64,000 nucleotides of DNA from Octopus sinensis (lineage: Eukaryota), in the NCBI RefSeq assembly GCF_006345805.1, contig NC_043013.1:11594001-11658000 (forward strand), in the 5' to 3' direction. Positions within the stretch are counted from its first letter, which is position 1. Each line of letters starts with the position of its first letter. The notes beneath the pieces are model-generated. The model was not told where the DNA came from. It did not search any database and saw nothing but the letters and a program-made list of their open reading frames with translations. Positions 13,165 to 26,544 of the stretch are shown here, piece after piece. The position numbers and the translations under genes are program-made.

Positions 13165-13645
13165 GTAAAGTCCCAATAGCGGCTGAGAAGCTCAGAAATC
13201 AGTAGAGACTGAAGGATGTTTAATTGCAGCGAAAAATTAAAATCTCCCCACGAGAAATCACCAAAAACACTCAATGAAAAATAAAAGAAGTAACTGCAGA
13301 ATGTGCAGTGATGGGGCAGGAAAATTAAATCTTATTGTCTCTGGTTGCCCAGTCCTGCCTAAGAAGGAATATATTCACAGAAATGACCGAGTTGGGACCT
13401 GTATACACTGGATGCTATGACAACATTATGGAATGACAACAGGAAAATGTTGGTATAGGCACACCTCAGGAAAAGTTACAAAAAATGAGAAAACAACCGT
13501 AGTCTGGTATATGCCAATACACACAGATAGAGAAATGAAAGCTAATAAACTGGATATAGTTGTCAGAGATCACCAAGAAAAAAATGCCTTGTAGTCAATG
13601 TGTTAATGCCAAGAGAGGACAATGCATCTAGAAAAGAAATGGAGC
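13165..13645 (+). mobile_element. R4/Dong-clade LINE, CCHC zinc knuckle plus restriction-like endonuclease fragment
   Basis: ETEGCLIAAKN*NLPTRNHQKH...CRMCSDGAGKLNLIVSGCPVLPKKEYIHRNDRVGTCIHW...WYRH...VWYMPIHTDREMKANKLDIVVRD, containing eroded CCHC, RHD and PD motifs. Confidence 0.85.
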
Positions 13646-13859
13646 CTAAAACAAATACCAAATAAATTACAGTGAGGTATTTACATCGAGCACAGCCATG
13701 GCATCAACAATACAAAAATATCAATGGAAAAGCAATTATAAATTCAACAAAGAGCAGCACAGGACAAGGAGAGGATCACCAAAATAATAACAACTAGTGA
13801 CACCCGCAAAAGTGCCACATCGATCTGACACACCAAGGGTTAATATTTTAAACAGTACA

Positions 13860-14130
13860 TACAGAATTCTTACAACATAGCGGGGTTACTTTGCTAGGAA
13901 TCTTTTGCCATTTTATCTACACGTGAAAAAAATATTTCCTCGAGTGCACCATATTCTTCTTTCGGTAAGCTAATCTTTCTCATGCACTGGTAGTTGAACA
14001 TGATAAGAAAACTGTCGATAGATGGAAAAATCTTATCCACAAACATTTAAAGTACGATCTGAATCGACATCTTTCGCCATAACCATCTAATGGCTGACGT
14101 TTTTACGCATTTCCTTGCCAAATAGAGGCG
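13860..14130 (-). mobile_element. Degraded L1/Tx1-like ORF2 C-terminal fragment
   Basis: Minus frames read VMAKDV.. and FLIMFNYQCMRKISL, weakly similar to Tx1 C-terminal motifs. Confidence 0.3.
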
Positions 14131-14409
14131 ATTTGGTTGTCTTTACGATATTTTCGATAAATTCAAGTGTTGGCTAGATCAGACTTGTACCTGATCACAT
14201 TTGTTCAAACAACATTAATACTGATATCAATCTATGCATTGTACACTGCCATTTTTTCTCTGCTGAGACCAGGGACCAATGCCAAGGTCATCATCATCTT
14301 TATATCACAAGCAACATTATTATGAATTAAGATGGTCAAGACATACAACAATAAATAAATATTACCAACGAAAACACTACCACAGGCATCCCACTCCTTA
14401 CCCTAGGTA

Positions 14410-14501
14410 TCATCAACATCATCATTATGCTCATCATGATCATGATCATCATCATGATGATGATCATCATCAGCGTAGTCGTCGTCGTCGTCGTCGTCGT
14501 C

Positions 14502-14533
<32 letters not shown>

Positions 14534-14550
14534 CATCGTCGTCGTCATTA
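14410..14550 (+). repeat. Compound (CAT)n/(CGT)n trinucleotide microsatellite
   Basis: Direct reading of the sequence. Confidence 0.95.
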
Positions 14551-14763
14551 TCACACCATGACCAACATCTTTTGCCCTTGTGGTTATTCATTTTCATTTT
14601 CGAATTCTTCGAATTGCAGCACTTCACTCAAAAACCTGGAAGCCTCTTCTCTTTCTCTCTCAATCTCCCTTTCTCTCTATGTCCTCTATGTTCGCTATGT
14701 CACATTATTTTACTCTAAGTACATATGTATGTATACATACATACACACATACACCCACAATAG

Positions 14764-14795
<32 letters not shown>

Positions 14796-14925
14796 CAAAC
14801 ACACACACATATATATATGGATAGATAAATAGATAGATAGATAGATAGTTTTAGGCATACATGCATACATACATATATATGCGTTTATACGGTATGTAAC
14901 TAGTCTGCATCTGTCTATATAAATA

Positions 14926-14962
<37 letters not shown>

Positions 14963-14985
14963 TATATATATATATATATATATAA

Positions 14986-15029
<44 letters not shown>

Positions 15030-16396
15030 CTATTATATCTATATGTATATATATATATATATAGTATGTATGCTTATGTATGTGTACATTTGTCCGTCGG
15101 CAGTAGTGAGGGGGTTTATGTCCTTGTGCTTGCGCGCATGCGTGCAAGCGTGCGTGCGTGTGCGTGTAAGAGGCGAGTGCTCTACGCAAACAGGGAAATG
15201 AAAATAATAACAGGACGCAAACAAAAAACAACTTTGAACCAACCACATACATTCACACAAACACAGGCAGACAATATATACAGACATATATATGTATATA
15301 TATATATATTATATATATATCTATATATATAGATATATATATATATATATATAGATATATATATACAGAATATATATTGTATATACATATATACATATCA
15401 ATATATATATATATATGTATATATATATATTTCACTCAGATACACCAACACAGTTTTTTGCTTTCTTTCTCGTATGTTTTATACCAGGTATTTTATTTAT
15501 TTAATTGTTTATTTATTCATTTATTTATTTTTGATTTCCTGCAAGACATTTCAAATTTTATTTATATCTATTTATTTATAACATATGTTTATTATATTTT
15601 ATTGTTGTGTTTTTTTTTTACTTTTTTCATTATAAATTAATTTTTGTTTACTTTGATATGAGTGCCTATAAAGAAAAATAAACAAACCAATAAACAAACA
15701 AATAAAGAAAGAAAGAAACAAACAAACAAACAAACAGACAAATAAATAAATAAATAAAAATATTGTGTGTATTTTTGTCTCGGGCAAGAATTAGTCCAGT
15801 AATCTTTAACATCACAATTTAACCATCACAAACGTCAACGAAAAATATTTTTTTTCTTTAATTAAAAATCCGTTTTAGGCCTTCATCATGACAAGCTACA
15901 AAAGTTTGTCGTTGTTGTTGTTGTTGTTGTTGTTTAGGCGGGAAAGGAAGTGTAAATGTGGGTGGTGGTGGTCGTGGTGGGGTCGTATAGTTTCTGTCTG
16001 GACGAATTTATGTAATTATTAATATTATTATCACTATATATTATTTTCGTTTATACCATTCATACGTAAATACACAAACAGCCATACACACACATGTGTA
16101 TATATTATTTATAAAATATAGTCAAATATTAATTTTTTTCTCATGTATATACAAATACATATATACATATACGCTGTCACATATAAGTCGATGAATATAT
16201 ATATGAATATATATATTCATATATGCATATATATATATTTATTTATTTATATATATATATGTTTATAACTATAGACAGACACACACACATAAACACGTAG
16301 TTCGTTTATTCCTATAATATTCTCTTTATATTACTTTTGGTACTGTCGTTGTCGGCCTTGTTATTTTTCTCAGTATTATTTTTATTACTATTATTA

Positions 16397-16397
<1 letters not shown>

Positions 16398-16492
<95 letters not shown>

Positions 16493-16505
16493 ATTATTAT
16501 TATTG
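16398..16505 (+). repeat. (ATT)n microsatellite
   Basis: Direct reading of the sequence. Confidence 0.97.
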
Positions 16506-16817
16506 CCAATTATTAATTTCGTCTTCTTTTCAGACAATCAGTCAGTCACCCCACACTGACACAACACACGTACGTACGTACGTACGTGGGAGAAAATACA
16601 AAAAAAAATACAAAAAAAAACAAAAAAAAAAAACAAACGCAGAATGCAAAAAAAAAGAAGGAAAAACGTTAACATCACACACATCCTCTAAACCACGGAC
16701 AGACACCAACATACGCATATGAAAATCCATACACACACAGATATACATACGTACATACATATATATATATTATATAATCTATATATATATACACATATAT
16801 ATATGTTAATATATATC

Positions 16818-16883
<66 letters not shown>

Positions 16884-17186
16884 GCCGTGTGTGATTGTGT
16901 ATGTGTGTGCACTGACAGAAGAGACCAAACATTTCAGGATGCCAATATTTCGATTGAATTCCTATTCAGTCGGTTCCCTGTCGTTATGAATACTGTACTG
17001 GAAGCATTTCCTGTTCTTGGTGTTGATGTTTTTTATGCATTAGAAATTTTTTTCTCATCTTGTTGCTCTTGTTGTTGCTGTTGTGTTCGCTTGGTATTGT
17101 ATTTATTGTTGTTGTCACCATTGACGTCATACCTGTGTTTCTACCTCTCATAATTACGGTAATTATAATTTCATATATATAAACCA

Positions 17187-17240
<54 letters not shown>

Positions 17241-17412
17241 TCGTATATATATGGAATTATATATGTATAAATATATATACAATGAGTGCTTACGTGTGTG
17301 TATCTATATAGATGTCCATATATGTTTAAGTTTTTGTGTGGGTACATATATCATATATTATATATATGCATGTATGTATACGCGCATACATATATATGTA
17401 TCTATCTGTCTA

Positions 17413-17467
<55 letters not shown>

Positions 17468-17542
17468 TATTATATATATATACATATATATATATAATTA
17501 TACACTGTATACTAATACATACATATATATACATATATTATA

Positions 17543-17579
<37 letters not shown>

Positions 17580-17900
17580 TACATACAACACCTATATATT
17601 TACCTAGACACTTACATATACACATATCTATGCGGGCGTGTCTATGTGTGTTTGTACTGAAAACAGTGAGGATAGAGAGGAAAATATGAAAATTCAATGC
17701 AGATTATATAGTTTCTATATTATATATAGCGAAAGTTGTAAACTACGGAAAAACGTTACTCCGAGGTTTCCATTTCCGTTACTCAGGCGACAGTGAATAG
17801 GAGAAAAACTTTACAATGCCATAAAAAATAAGAACAACAACAACAACAACAACAACAACAATAATAATAATATTAATAATAATAATAATGATAATAATAA

Positions 17901-18082
17901 TCTTTTCTACTAAAGTCCTGAAATTTTGGGGAGGGGATATTGAACAACATCGACCTCAGTACTTGACTAGTACTTATTTTATCGAGCCCGAAAGTATGGA
18001 AAGTAAAGACGTCCTCGGCAGAATTTGACCGACAGGCAAAATATTGTCTGGCTTGCTATCGATTTTGCCAACGCGCAGTCTT
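17901..18082 (-). mobile_element. tRNA SINE family A, degenerate, with (ATT)n tail at 17860-17900
   Basis: tacttattttatcgagcccgaaagtatggaaagtaaagac..ctcggcagaatttga is the reverse complement of the family A core. Confidence 0.7.
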
Positions 18083-18092
18083 AATGATAATG

Positions 18093-18307
18093 TTTTTACT
18101 AGAGGCACAAAGTCTGAAAATTGGGGGATGGGATTCGATTAGATACAATCCGGTACTTGACCGGTACTTATTTTACTTATTTATCGACCCCGATGGGATG
18201 AAAAGCAATGCTAAGCTCCGTGGAATTTGATCTCAGAGGGTCCAGACGGACGAAATTCTGCGAAGCATTTCTTCCGGCGCGCAATCGATTCTGCCAGCTC
18301 ACAGCCT
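18093..18307 (-). mobile_element. tRNA SINE family A, degenerate, tandem neighbour of the previous copy
   Basis: tttatcgaccccgatgggatgaaaagc...gaatttgatctcaga...gattctgccagctc. Confidence 0.75.
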
Positions 18308-18311
18308 TGAT

Positions 18312-18793
18312 AATGATACCTCATAAGACATGACAGACTAGGGAAGCTCATGCACTGGATTGATTGTAAATACGACGAATTTAAATCCCATGATAAGTGG
18401 TATAGGCACCGTCCAGAGGATGTAGTAAATGGCGACGGCGTCACCATCCTTTTGAACTTCCCAATACAAACTGACAGAGAAAGTGACTCCAATTGACCAG
18501 ACATTGTGATCAAGGACTATAACAGAGGAACTTGTTTGTTAACAGATATGTCTGGCCCACAAGATCAAAATTTACGAAAAACTTTCTCACTCTAAAAATC
18601 TGCAAATTGAAATCACAAAAATGTGGAAGCTTAGTATTACGCCAATACCAGTAGTAATTGGTGAGTTGGGAATAATAGAGAAGGGATCTGAAAAGTATAT
18701 TATGCAACCCCCTGGTAACTCTAATCTCCGTGAACTACAAAAGATAACCTTCATAGATTCTGCCCTTATACTATGGAAAGCACTCTCCATCTA
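18312..18793 (+). mobile_element. R4/Dong-clade LINE, RLE domain and ORF 3' end
   Basis: YLIRHDRLGKLMHW...KWYRHRPEDVV..VTILLNFPIQTDRE..N*PDIVIKD...LQIEITKMW...IPVVIGELGII...LQKITFIDSALILWKALSI*. Confidence 0.88.
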
Positions 18794-18829
18794 AAATGGA
18801 ACAAATGTGGTGATAATTTTAGCATGCAT

Positions 18830-19880
18830 AGCAGCACAGTATTAATCAGTACTATCAGAATAGACTTTTCAAGAATAACGAAAGAAAATTCTACAAACAC
18901 CTGAACAATGAAGAGGTGTATAAGGACAGTGATTATAACAGATGTTGAAGCAGCAAGAAAATTCTGGGTAGAAATCTAGAGGAGAGAATTTCAACACAAT
19001 ATAAAAGCAGCTCGGTTGCCCCTGAGCCAGATGGTATCCAGGGCTTCTGGCTCACAAAAAAAAAATTCCCAAGCATACAGTTATATAAGAACGTTTGTAC
19101 TAGCTGCATAGAAAATGGAGCACCAGCATGGATGACAAAAAGAAGGACAGTGTTGATACAGAAGAAAAAACAAAAAAAAGAAATCGGCCGTTTTAGACCT
19201 ATTAGTTGTTTACGGTCACCGTTACTCTTGAAATTAATAAATGACCTCATAATAGATGAAGTATATAATTTTCTGAAAAAGTGGGGATCTATTGCCAGAA
19301 GAGCAGAAAGGATGTAGAAAAAATTCAAAGAGACTGCCGTTCTGCAATATATAGATAGTTGGATATTAAATGACGTGCGAGTAAGGAAGAAGAATTTAGC
19401 TGTTGCAAGGATAGATTACAAGAAAGGAAGATTTATGACAATGTCCCACACATTTGGTTCTTGGAGTGTCTTAGGACACTCAGAGTCAATGAGAAGATGA
19501 ATAACATTTTGAAAAAAGCAATGAGTATAGGAAGTAGAACAGACATGCGCAAATAAACTCCCAAGAAAAGGAAAATACGCAGGGTCATTTTCCAGGGAGG
19601 CTGTTTCTTTCTCCCTGTCTCTCTGTTTCTCTCTCTGTCTTTCCCCACAGTCTCTCTCTCCATTCTCTCTCCTCTCTCCCAACCCACCTCTCTCTCTGCC
19701 CCCTTCTCTCCCCATTACTTTTATCATCATTGTATTGATCCCTCTTACAAGTATACTAAGAAAATACCTGCCTGCCGATGAGTTTACCAAAACCAAGATG
19801 AAAATAAATCGCCTGCACTATACGGATGACCTTAAGCTATATACAGTTATGTGAAAGACATGGAATCATCGATACGAACT
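18830..19880 (+). mobile_element. R4/Dong-clade LINE, reverse transcriptase fragment
   Basis: INQYYQNRLFKNNERKFYK, PEPDGIQGFWL, WMTKRRTVLIQK, FRPISCL, LLPEEQKG, KKNLAVARIDYKK-YDNVPH, IRRVIFQG, and INRLHYTDDLKLY (YxDD). Frameshifted. Confidence 0.9.
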
Positions 19881-19899
19881 GACATTGATGAGGTGAATG

Positions 19900-21796
19900 A
19901 TCCTTTGCTTCTCTAAAACATCATTCTCTTCTTTATTTCACAGAAAAAGAAAAAAAAGCGGTAATGAATCTCTTACTTCAGTTTCACAATATTTGGACTA
20001 ATAGTCCATTTAAGAATTGGTGCGTTAAGCCTCTTAAACACAATAACATGCAATAAACACCATAAACATTATAACACTGAGGCTTTTCAACCTCTCGTCA
20101 TCATTCCTCCCCAAAATCACTTGTGCCCGTATACTCCACCATCCCCCATGCCTCATTCAAGACCAAGGCGGGATCCAAGCCGGCGTCGCCCGGCCACAAT
20201 TGATATTCCTCATTGAGTCCCTGCAGCCTTTACCCCACAGACACCGTTATGACCTCCTCAGCTACCTGCGGAGGTCATTCGGGATCTTGTGTGAAGTTTA
20301 AAGGCATTCCCTTATGGTGCTTTTCCACCACCTCTTCTACCTATCTGCCTCTGTAGAAAAGGACTAATAGTTCCTCTTCCTCCGGTTTCGAGGTAGTCAA
20401 TTCTACTGTTGGCGGCGCAATTCCCCCAACGGTGTCTCTTCCCCTGCTTTGTTCGTGAGGACAGGCTTTTTTTATGTGGCTAGGCTTCAGGTACCGATGA
20501 CACCTGGAGCGGTGGCGACCCTCAAGAATCACCCTGTATCTGCACCCGGCCATTTTCAAAAAAATCTGGCATAACCAGATTCATGGCTGATTGGGTCCAC
20601 AGGGTCAAAAGCTGTTTTGACCCAAGTCAATCAGCCGTAGGAAGAATTTTCACATTGAGGAGTCTGGCTCCGCTGCAACCCAGACCCCGACGGATAGTAT
20701 CCTTTATCCACTGTGGTTCAATTCCATGTGTCAAACCACAGACCCAGGCCCTCGTCAATTTTTCCCACAATAAATAGGAAGAAACAAAATTTCTTTACCC
20801 TCAACGGGCTGGCTCGCAAAACTGCGAGCCTCTTCTGGGATGTCAAACAGCAACCACACCGTTGCATGTTTGACTCCCCTAGAGATATACTTAATGATCG
20901 GCAGATGTTCCGCCAACTCCTTCTCAATCATCTGCTTGGAGAAGACGGTAATGATGTCGAGAACCTTCGAATACGTTCTGAACATCACCGTCCTCTCCTC
21001 TTGCTGTATGAGCCACTCCTTAGGGGGGACAATCTCCCACTCTACAATCTTTTCCGTATTTTTTGCCATGTTAAAGAATAAAAAAGTCCAAAGCAATAGT
21101 TCACAAAAAAGGAAAGCGAGATTCAAAAGGAAACAAAACGGAAGAAGAAAAAAAAGCAAACAGTTCAATAAAAGAAAATCATAATAGAAGAAGAAACAAC
21201 AGTTAAAAAAAACAGCAAAAAAAAATTTCTGGGCATTCAGGTATTCCAAGCCCTATGGTACTCCAGTTAGAACCTAGACTGCTCCACTTGAAATATAGCT
21301 TTCTAACGTAGTTGTAAAAATACACACTATTTACTAACAGCGAACGACCTTTGGTGGCAGGATACGTCACCAAACTATACTTCTCACAATGAGAAAGAAA
21401 TTTCATTTCATGAGAACTCTTGAAATACAGCTTTCCAATAATGGTAAATGTTGTTGTAAAAACATACACTGTTAAAAAGGGAAATTTCCTGGCACAGACA
21501 ATTTTCACAGCAAAAATGTTCTGGAGGGGATAGCCCCCCCCCCCCAAAAAAAAAACATCACAATTCTCACTATAAAGTGATACTTTTTGTACGACCACTG
21601 GCAACCAAATGCCTTGAACCCAGTGGAGACCGTCATTCGAAAAAATAATTCAATGTAAACAACAGCTCCATCCAAGCTCCCAAAAAGGACAAATGCTTTA
21701 CCTGTGGTCGTAGTCAACTTTTACATTTTTTCAGGACGGATTCACAGCACGTCTTGACAGTTCTCTTTCACGGAAGTAACTAAAAAACACGCATGC
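19900..21796 (-). mobile_element. L1/Tx1-like element with 5' UTR and gag-like ORF1 only, decayed
   Basis: ORF starts at the ATG at 21069 (MAKNTEKIVEWEIVPPKEWL...). It continues through frameshifts (YCGK-LTRAWVCGL..GIEPQWIKD) to RYRVILEGRHRSRCHRYLKPSHIKKACP, an eroded CCHC knuckle at 20461-20502. No ORF2 motifs seen downstream. Confidence 0.6.
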
Positions 21797-21835
21797 GTAA
21801 GCAAGCTACTTACCACACAGCCACTCCTGCGCCTA
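21797..21835 (-). mobile_element. SINE family B head fragment (first ~39 nt, A box only)
   Basis: taggcgcaggagtggctgtgtggtaagtagcttgcttac, compared with 9820-9848. Confidence 0.8.
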
Positions 21836-23251
21836 AAATTTTCGGCCCTTCAATCAGTCTCTACTAGCTGCCGATTTATCGTAGTTATTGCTCTTGGAAA
21901 ACAAATATTTTGTGCAAATACCGCAAGGTATCAAGTCCATGACTCTAATACTACTGCTGGCTTACTGCACCAAAAATGTACTTGTCATAAACGTCGCCAA
22001 GTGAATATAAGGCAAATTTGTCGGAGTTATATTAACATACTTTTGTACGTGTGTGTTAGTGTGCACGTGTGTATGTGTAAGTGCGTCTATTAATATATAG
22101 TACTTTGTTTTCTATTACCTGTGGGTTATCCATAATGTTAAACAGTTCTTTTTATTCAGACTTGGGCCAAAGCAGATTCCAAAGGAATGTCCTCACTATC
22201 GACTTGTGTGTGAGGGGACTCGTGTGCAAAGCTATGATTTCATGAAACGGTTGTCACTTTCTGAGATTCATGACCAGACTAAAACCTGGCACCCTTAGAT
22301 TGTATGTTAGTTGAGTGTCGAAATAGAGGCATATAGGAAGTTCTTCCCTGAAGATCGTCTGTTGTTTAGCTCTCCCAAGAGTTTCATATTCCGATTCTTA
22401 GAAAATAAACGTTCAGATCTTAATTACCGGCTGATTTATTTCTTCAGATAGAAAACGTAAAATGTATTATGAACATTATTATTTCTGGAGTGACTTACAC
22501 TTTGTTTAAAAACGTTAGAGTGAGATTTGATGAAAATGTGTCAGTTATTTGTTGTAGAGGGATCCACCTATCGCATAGAGATCTGTCCGAATAGAGTGAC
22601 CGAGTTAGAGATACATAGTGTCACACGATGGATTTCCCCTTGGGTCAAGCGTAAGGGATATACTCTTTGTCTTCGATCTCATTTTTGCATCTGACGTTTC
22701 GATACGAAACGTTGTAACAAGGAATCAGTGCTGGCTATAATCTCTATACGGTATCTGTTGAAATAACCTTAATGAAATATTATTCTTATACCCTATGTTG
22801 TAATCGGAACCACATCCTCGTATGTCTGCTTTCTTTTCTTCTTCATTGATATAAGAGAGCAGCATGATATCGTAAGTAGATATAGCTGTTATTTTTGAAA
22901 CGTCGATCAACAACGTAAAGATTTCATCCACGTCGGTTCAACGCAATAATGTTGATATGTGTATGACGAACGAATAAAACGTGATGAAAGATGAATCTCC
23001 TGTTTTTGTGAATTAGATCTGTTATTTGTAATCAATATCTGATGTAAGAAGTCATAAATTATCACAAGTCTCGATTTCTTCAATTGAAATATTTCTAAAA
23101 GAAAACTTAATGTTTGAAAATTTGATTATATATTGGAAATTTAAAATTCACATTTCTCTTTTTCACTGCCCGAATATTTTCGCCTTCCACACGCCTTACC
23201 TCTTGCGTTCATAGTAAATCTCTTTATGTCCCTCTCTTACTCTCTTCACAA

Positions 23252-23321
<70 letters not shown>

Positions 23322-23322
23322 G

Positions 23323-23406
<84 letters not shown>

Positions 23407-23435
23407 CCTACCTATCTATCTATCTATCTACCTAC

Positions 23436-23510
<75 letters not shown>
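23252..23510 (+). repeat. (TATC)n tetranucleotide microsatellite, ~260 bp
   Basis: Direct reading; a few TACC/TGTC variant units. Confidence 0.98.
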
Positions 23511-23511
<1 letters not shown>

Positions 23512-23908
23512 ACACCATTATATTTATTTTCCCTGTTTCTAAATCTCATTGTTTCTTTTTCTCTTTCGATCGATTCTCAGTTTGTTTGTTTGTATCTTTC
23601 TTTCCTTCTTTCCTTCTTTCTTTCCTTCTTACTTTATGCCTGTCTGTCTGTCTGTCTGTCTTCCTTTCTTTCATCCTTATTTTCTTTCATGATTCTTTTC
23701 ATTTCTTTCGTTTTTACTTTCTTCCCAGCATTCATTCACTTTCATTTGTTTGTTGCAAGTCTCGCTAATATGTCTTTTTGTATGTCAGTCTATATGTATG
23801 TGTATATCTATATATATATATTATGTATGAATGCATGTATATATATATATATATATATATACACAAATGTGTATGCTTATATATGTCTCTCGATCGAAAT
23901 ATGTATGT

Positions 23909-23949
<41 letters not shown>

Positions 23950-24041
23950 ATATATATATAATTTAGTTCTTCCTCGCATATACATATAAATGTATATTTT
24001 AAAAAGTATATATACACATAAAAACCTGTCCCTACACACAT

Positions 24042-24117
<76 letters not shown>

Positions 24118-24209
24118 TTATGTGTGCTGTATGTATATGAATATACACAAAATGCATACATACTGATAAGTTTATATATATATGTATATGTATGTATATA
24201 TATATACAC

Positions 24210-24240
<31 letters not shown>

Positions 24241-24486
24241 ATATGTAGATATAAACATATATGTTAATACATATAAATACGTGAAGCATATGTAGCGATG
24301 ACTTTATGTGTATATATGTATCTCTATATAGATGCACTGCACATAAGCATGTATATACATATGTGTGTGTGGGCGTGCATGTGTATGCAAGCTCCCTATA
24401 AACGTACATATATATGCATACATGCACATGCACGCACATACGCATACACACATATATATACGCATATATATATATATATCTATATA

Positions 24487-24528
<42 letters not shown>

Positions 24529-24687
24529 CATACATACATACATACATACATACATGCATGCCTACATATGAGTGTTTGTTATATACAAAAAGAAAACAAA
24601 AATATTAATTCAACTAAGAGACAAATTCAAAAATTTCTCATTCTAAAAGAATAACTAAATAAAAGTGATCCACAACAACAACAGCTA

Positions 24688-24689
24688 TA

Positions 24690-24758
<69 letters not shown>

Positions 24759-24760
24759 TA

Positions 24761-24795
<35 letters not shown>

Positions 24796-24806
24796 TAATA
24801 ATAATA

Positions 24807-24844
<38 letters not shown>

Positions 24845-24925
24845 TAATTTTGATAATAATAATGATGATAATGATAATAACAATAACAACACCGTCAAGA
24901 GCAACAATAATAATAACAACAACAG
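24688..24925 (+). repeat. Compound (GAT)n(AAT)n(AAC)n microsatellite
   Basis: Direct reading of the sequence. Confidence 0.95.
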
Positions 24926-25477
24926 CAAAACAATAACACCATTGAAAAAATCACTAAATGAATAATAATAAAACAATATCAAAATTCACAGCGAAACAAA
25001 ATAAAATTTAAAACAAAAAAGGCGAGAAAACAAACAAAAAACAAATCAAATATCAAATAGAAAGTTTTAAAAAAGCTCAAAGAAAAGAAATAAAAACAAC
25101 AGCAATATATTAGCAAGAAAGTCAACAAACAAACAAGTAAGACAACAAAGTTTTGCCTTGTTTAGTAACATTCAAAATGGCATCCATACTTACTTACAGA
25201 ATCAGAAGTTGCCTAAAAGCATACGGCTAATTCTGTAATCTCTGTCTTCTGCTGTTTCTCACACTGTTTATATTTATCTCTCTCTCGTTTTCCTGTCTTT
25301 CGCTCTCTCGCTCTCTCTCTCTCTCTCTTCCTCTCTCTCTCTCTCTGTATCTCTCTCTTCCGATCTGTCTCACCCACCTTTTTTACTTTCTTTTCAGAGA
25401 TGTTTCTCTTTGTGAAAAGACATTATATTATGTGTAACTTTTGAAAGAAGTCGGTATCTTTTGTAAAACCTTTGTTC

Positions 25478-25520
<43 letters not shown>

Positions 25521-25683
25521 GATATAGAACATATATATCATAACATATATATACACACACACACAACCATATTATATATATAATATAATATATATATATA
25601 TATACATATATGTGCATATATGTATATACAAGCTCACACATATATATGCATGTATACATGTATATGTGCATGAATATTATATT

Positions 25684-25715
<32 letters not shown>

Positions 25716-25737
25716 GATGTATGCATACAATTATGTA

Positions 25738-25786
<49 letters not shown>

Positions 25787-26104
25787 TTCATGAAGACAAG
25801 GACAGCACGCAGCGCGCTTGATCAAAATTATAAAATATACAACTAGAAACAAACTTCAATACCTTTTCCTTTCTCATGACAATGTTACATATAGAGGTTC
25901 TGGGCTAATCAAAATATTCGCTGAAGAAACTAGAATTTCGTTACGTCCCTTGAATTATAAGAATATCTCAGACAATTTTATTTATTTATTTTTTATACTT
26001 TGATCATTATTATGATTATTATTGTTGTGGTATTTTTGTTGATTTCGTTTTCGTTGTCGTTATTATTATTATTATTATTGTCATTGGTGTTTATGTTGTT
26101 GTTG

Positions 26105-26177
<73 letters not shown>

Positions 26178-26544
26178 GTTGTTATTATTATTATTATTAT
26201 TATCATTAGTATTATTATCTGTATTAATATTTCCATTTCTTTTTAAATTTATATTCTTTTGTTCTTTGTACATGTGTTTGTGTTTTCTTCTTCATATTAA
26301 TTTATTCATTTATTTGTGTATGTTTATTGTTCTTTTTTATTTGTATATTCACATCGGTTTCTTTCTTTTTCCACTTCTTCCTTCCCTCTCTCCTTCTTTC
26401 TTTCTTTCTTTCGTTGTTTCCTTCTTTCTTTCTTTGTTTACTTCTTTATTTATTTACCGAACTGTCTCGTTCATTTCTAAGTTTAACAATGTAGAACTAT
26501 AATACAATGGTATTTTCTACATTTCAGAGAAACTTACGAAATGA

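Noticed and set aside
14279-14824. 181-aa His/Arg-rich ORF resembling a metal-binding protein
   Set aside because: Derived from (CAT)n/(CGT)n and (TA)n repeats; no splice or domain support.
17860-18307. Idea that SINE family A is mobilised by the (TAA)n-targeting R4/Dong LINE because of its (ATT)n tails and adjacency
   Set aside because: The cleanest copy (53942-54168) has a 12-bp TSD in non-repeat sequence and no (ATT)n tail, and no shared 3' end with the LINE is visible.
22691-22714. ctgacg...gaaacgtt with a perfect 8-bp hairpin (acgtttcg-ata-cgaaacgt)
   Set aside because: A9 and stem II are missing; at most an eroded PLE end or a chance hairpin.
23226-23768. 180-aa ORF with YLSI repeats
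   Set aside because: Translation of (TATC)n.
25395-25960. Possible short exon(s) after polypyrimidine/AG sites
   Set aside because: No convincing open frame with a matching donor site and no recognisable protein similarity.
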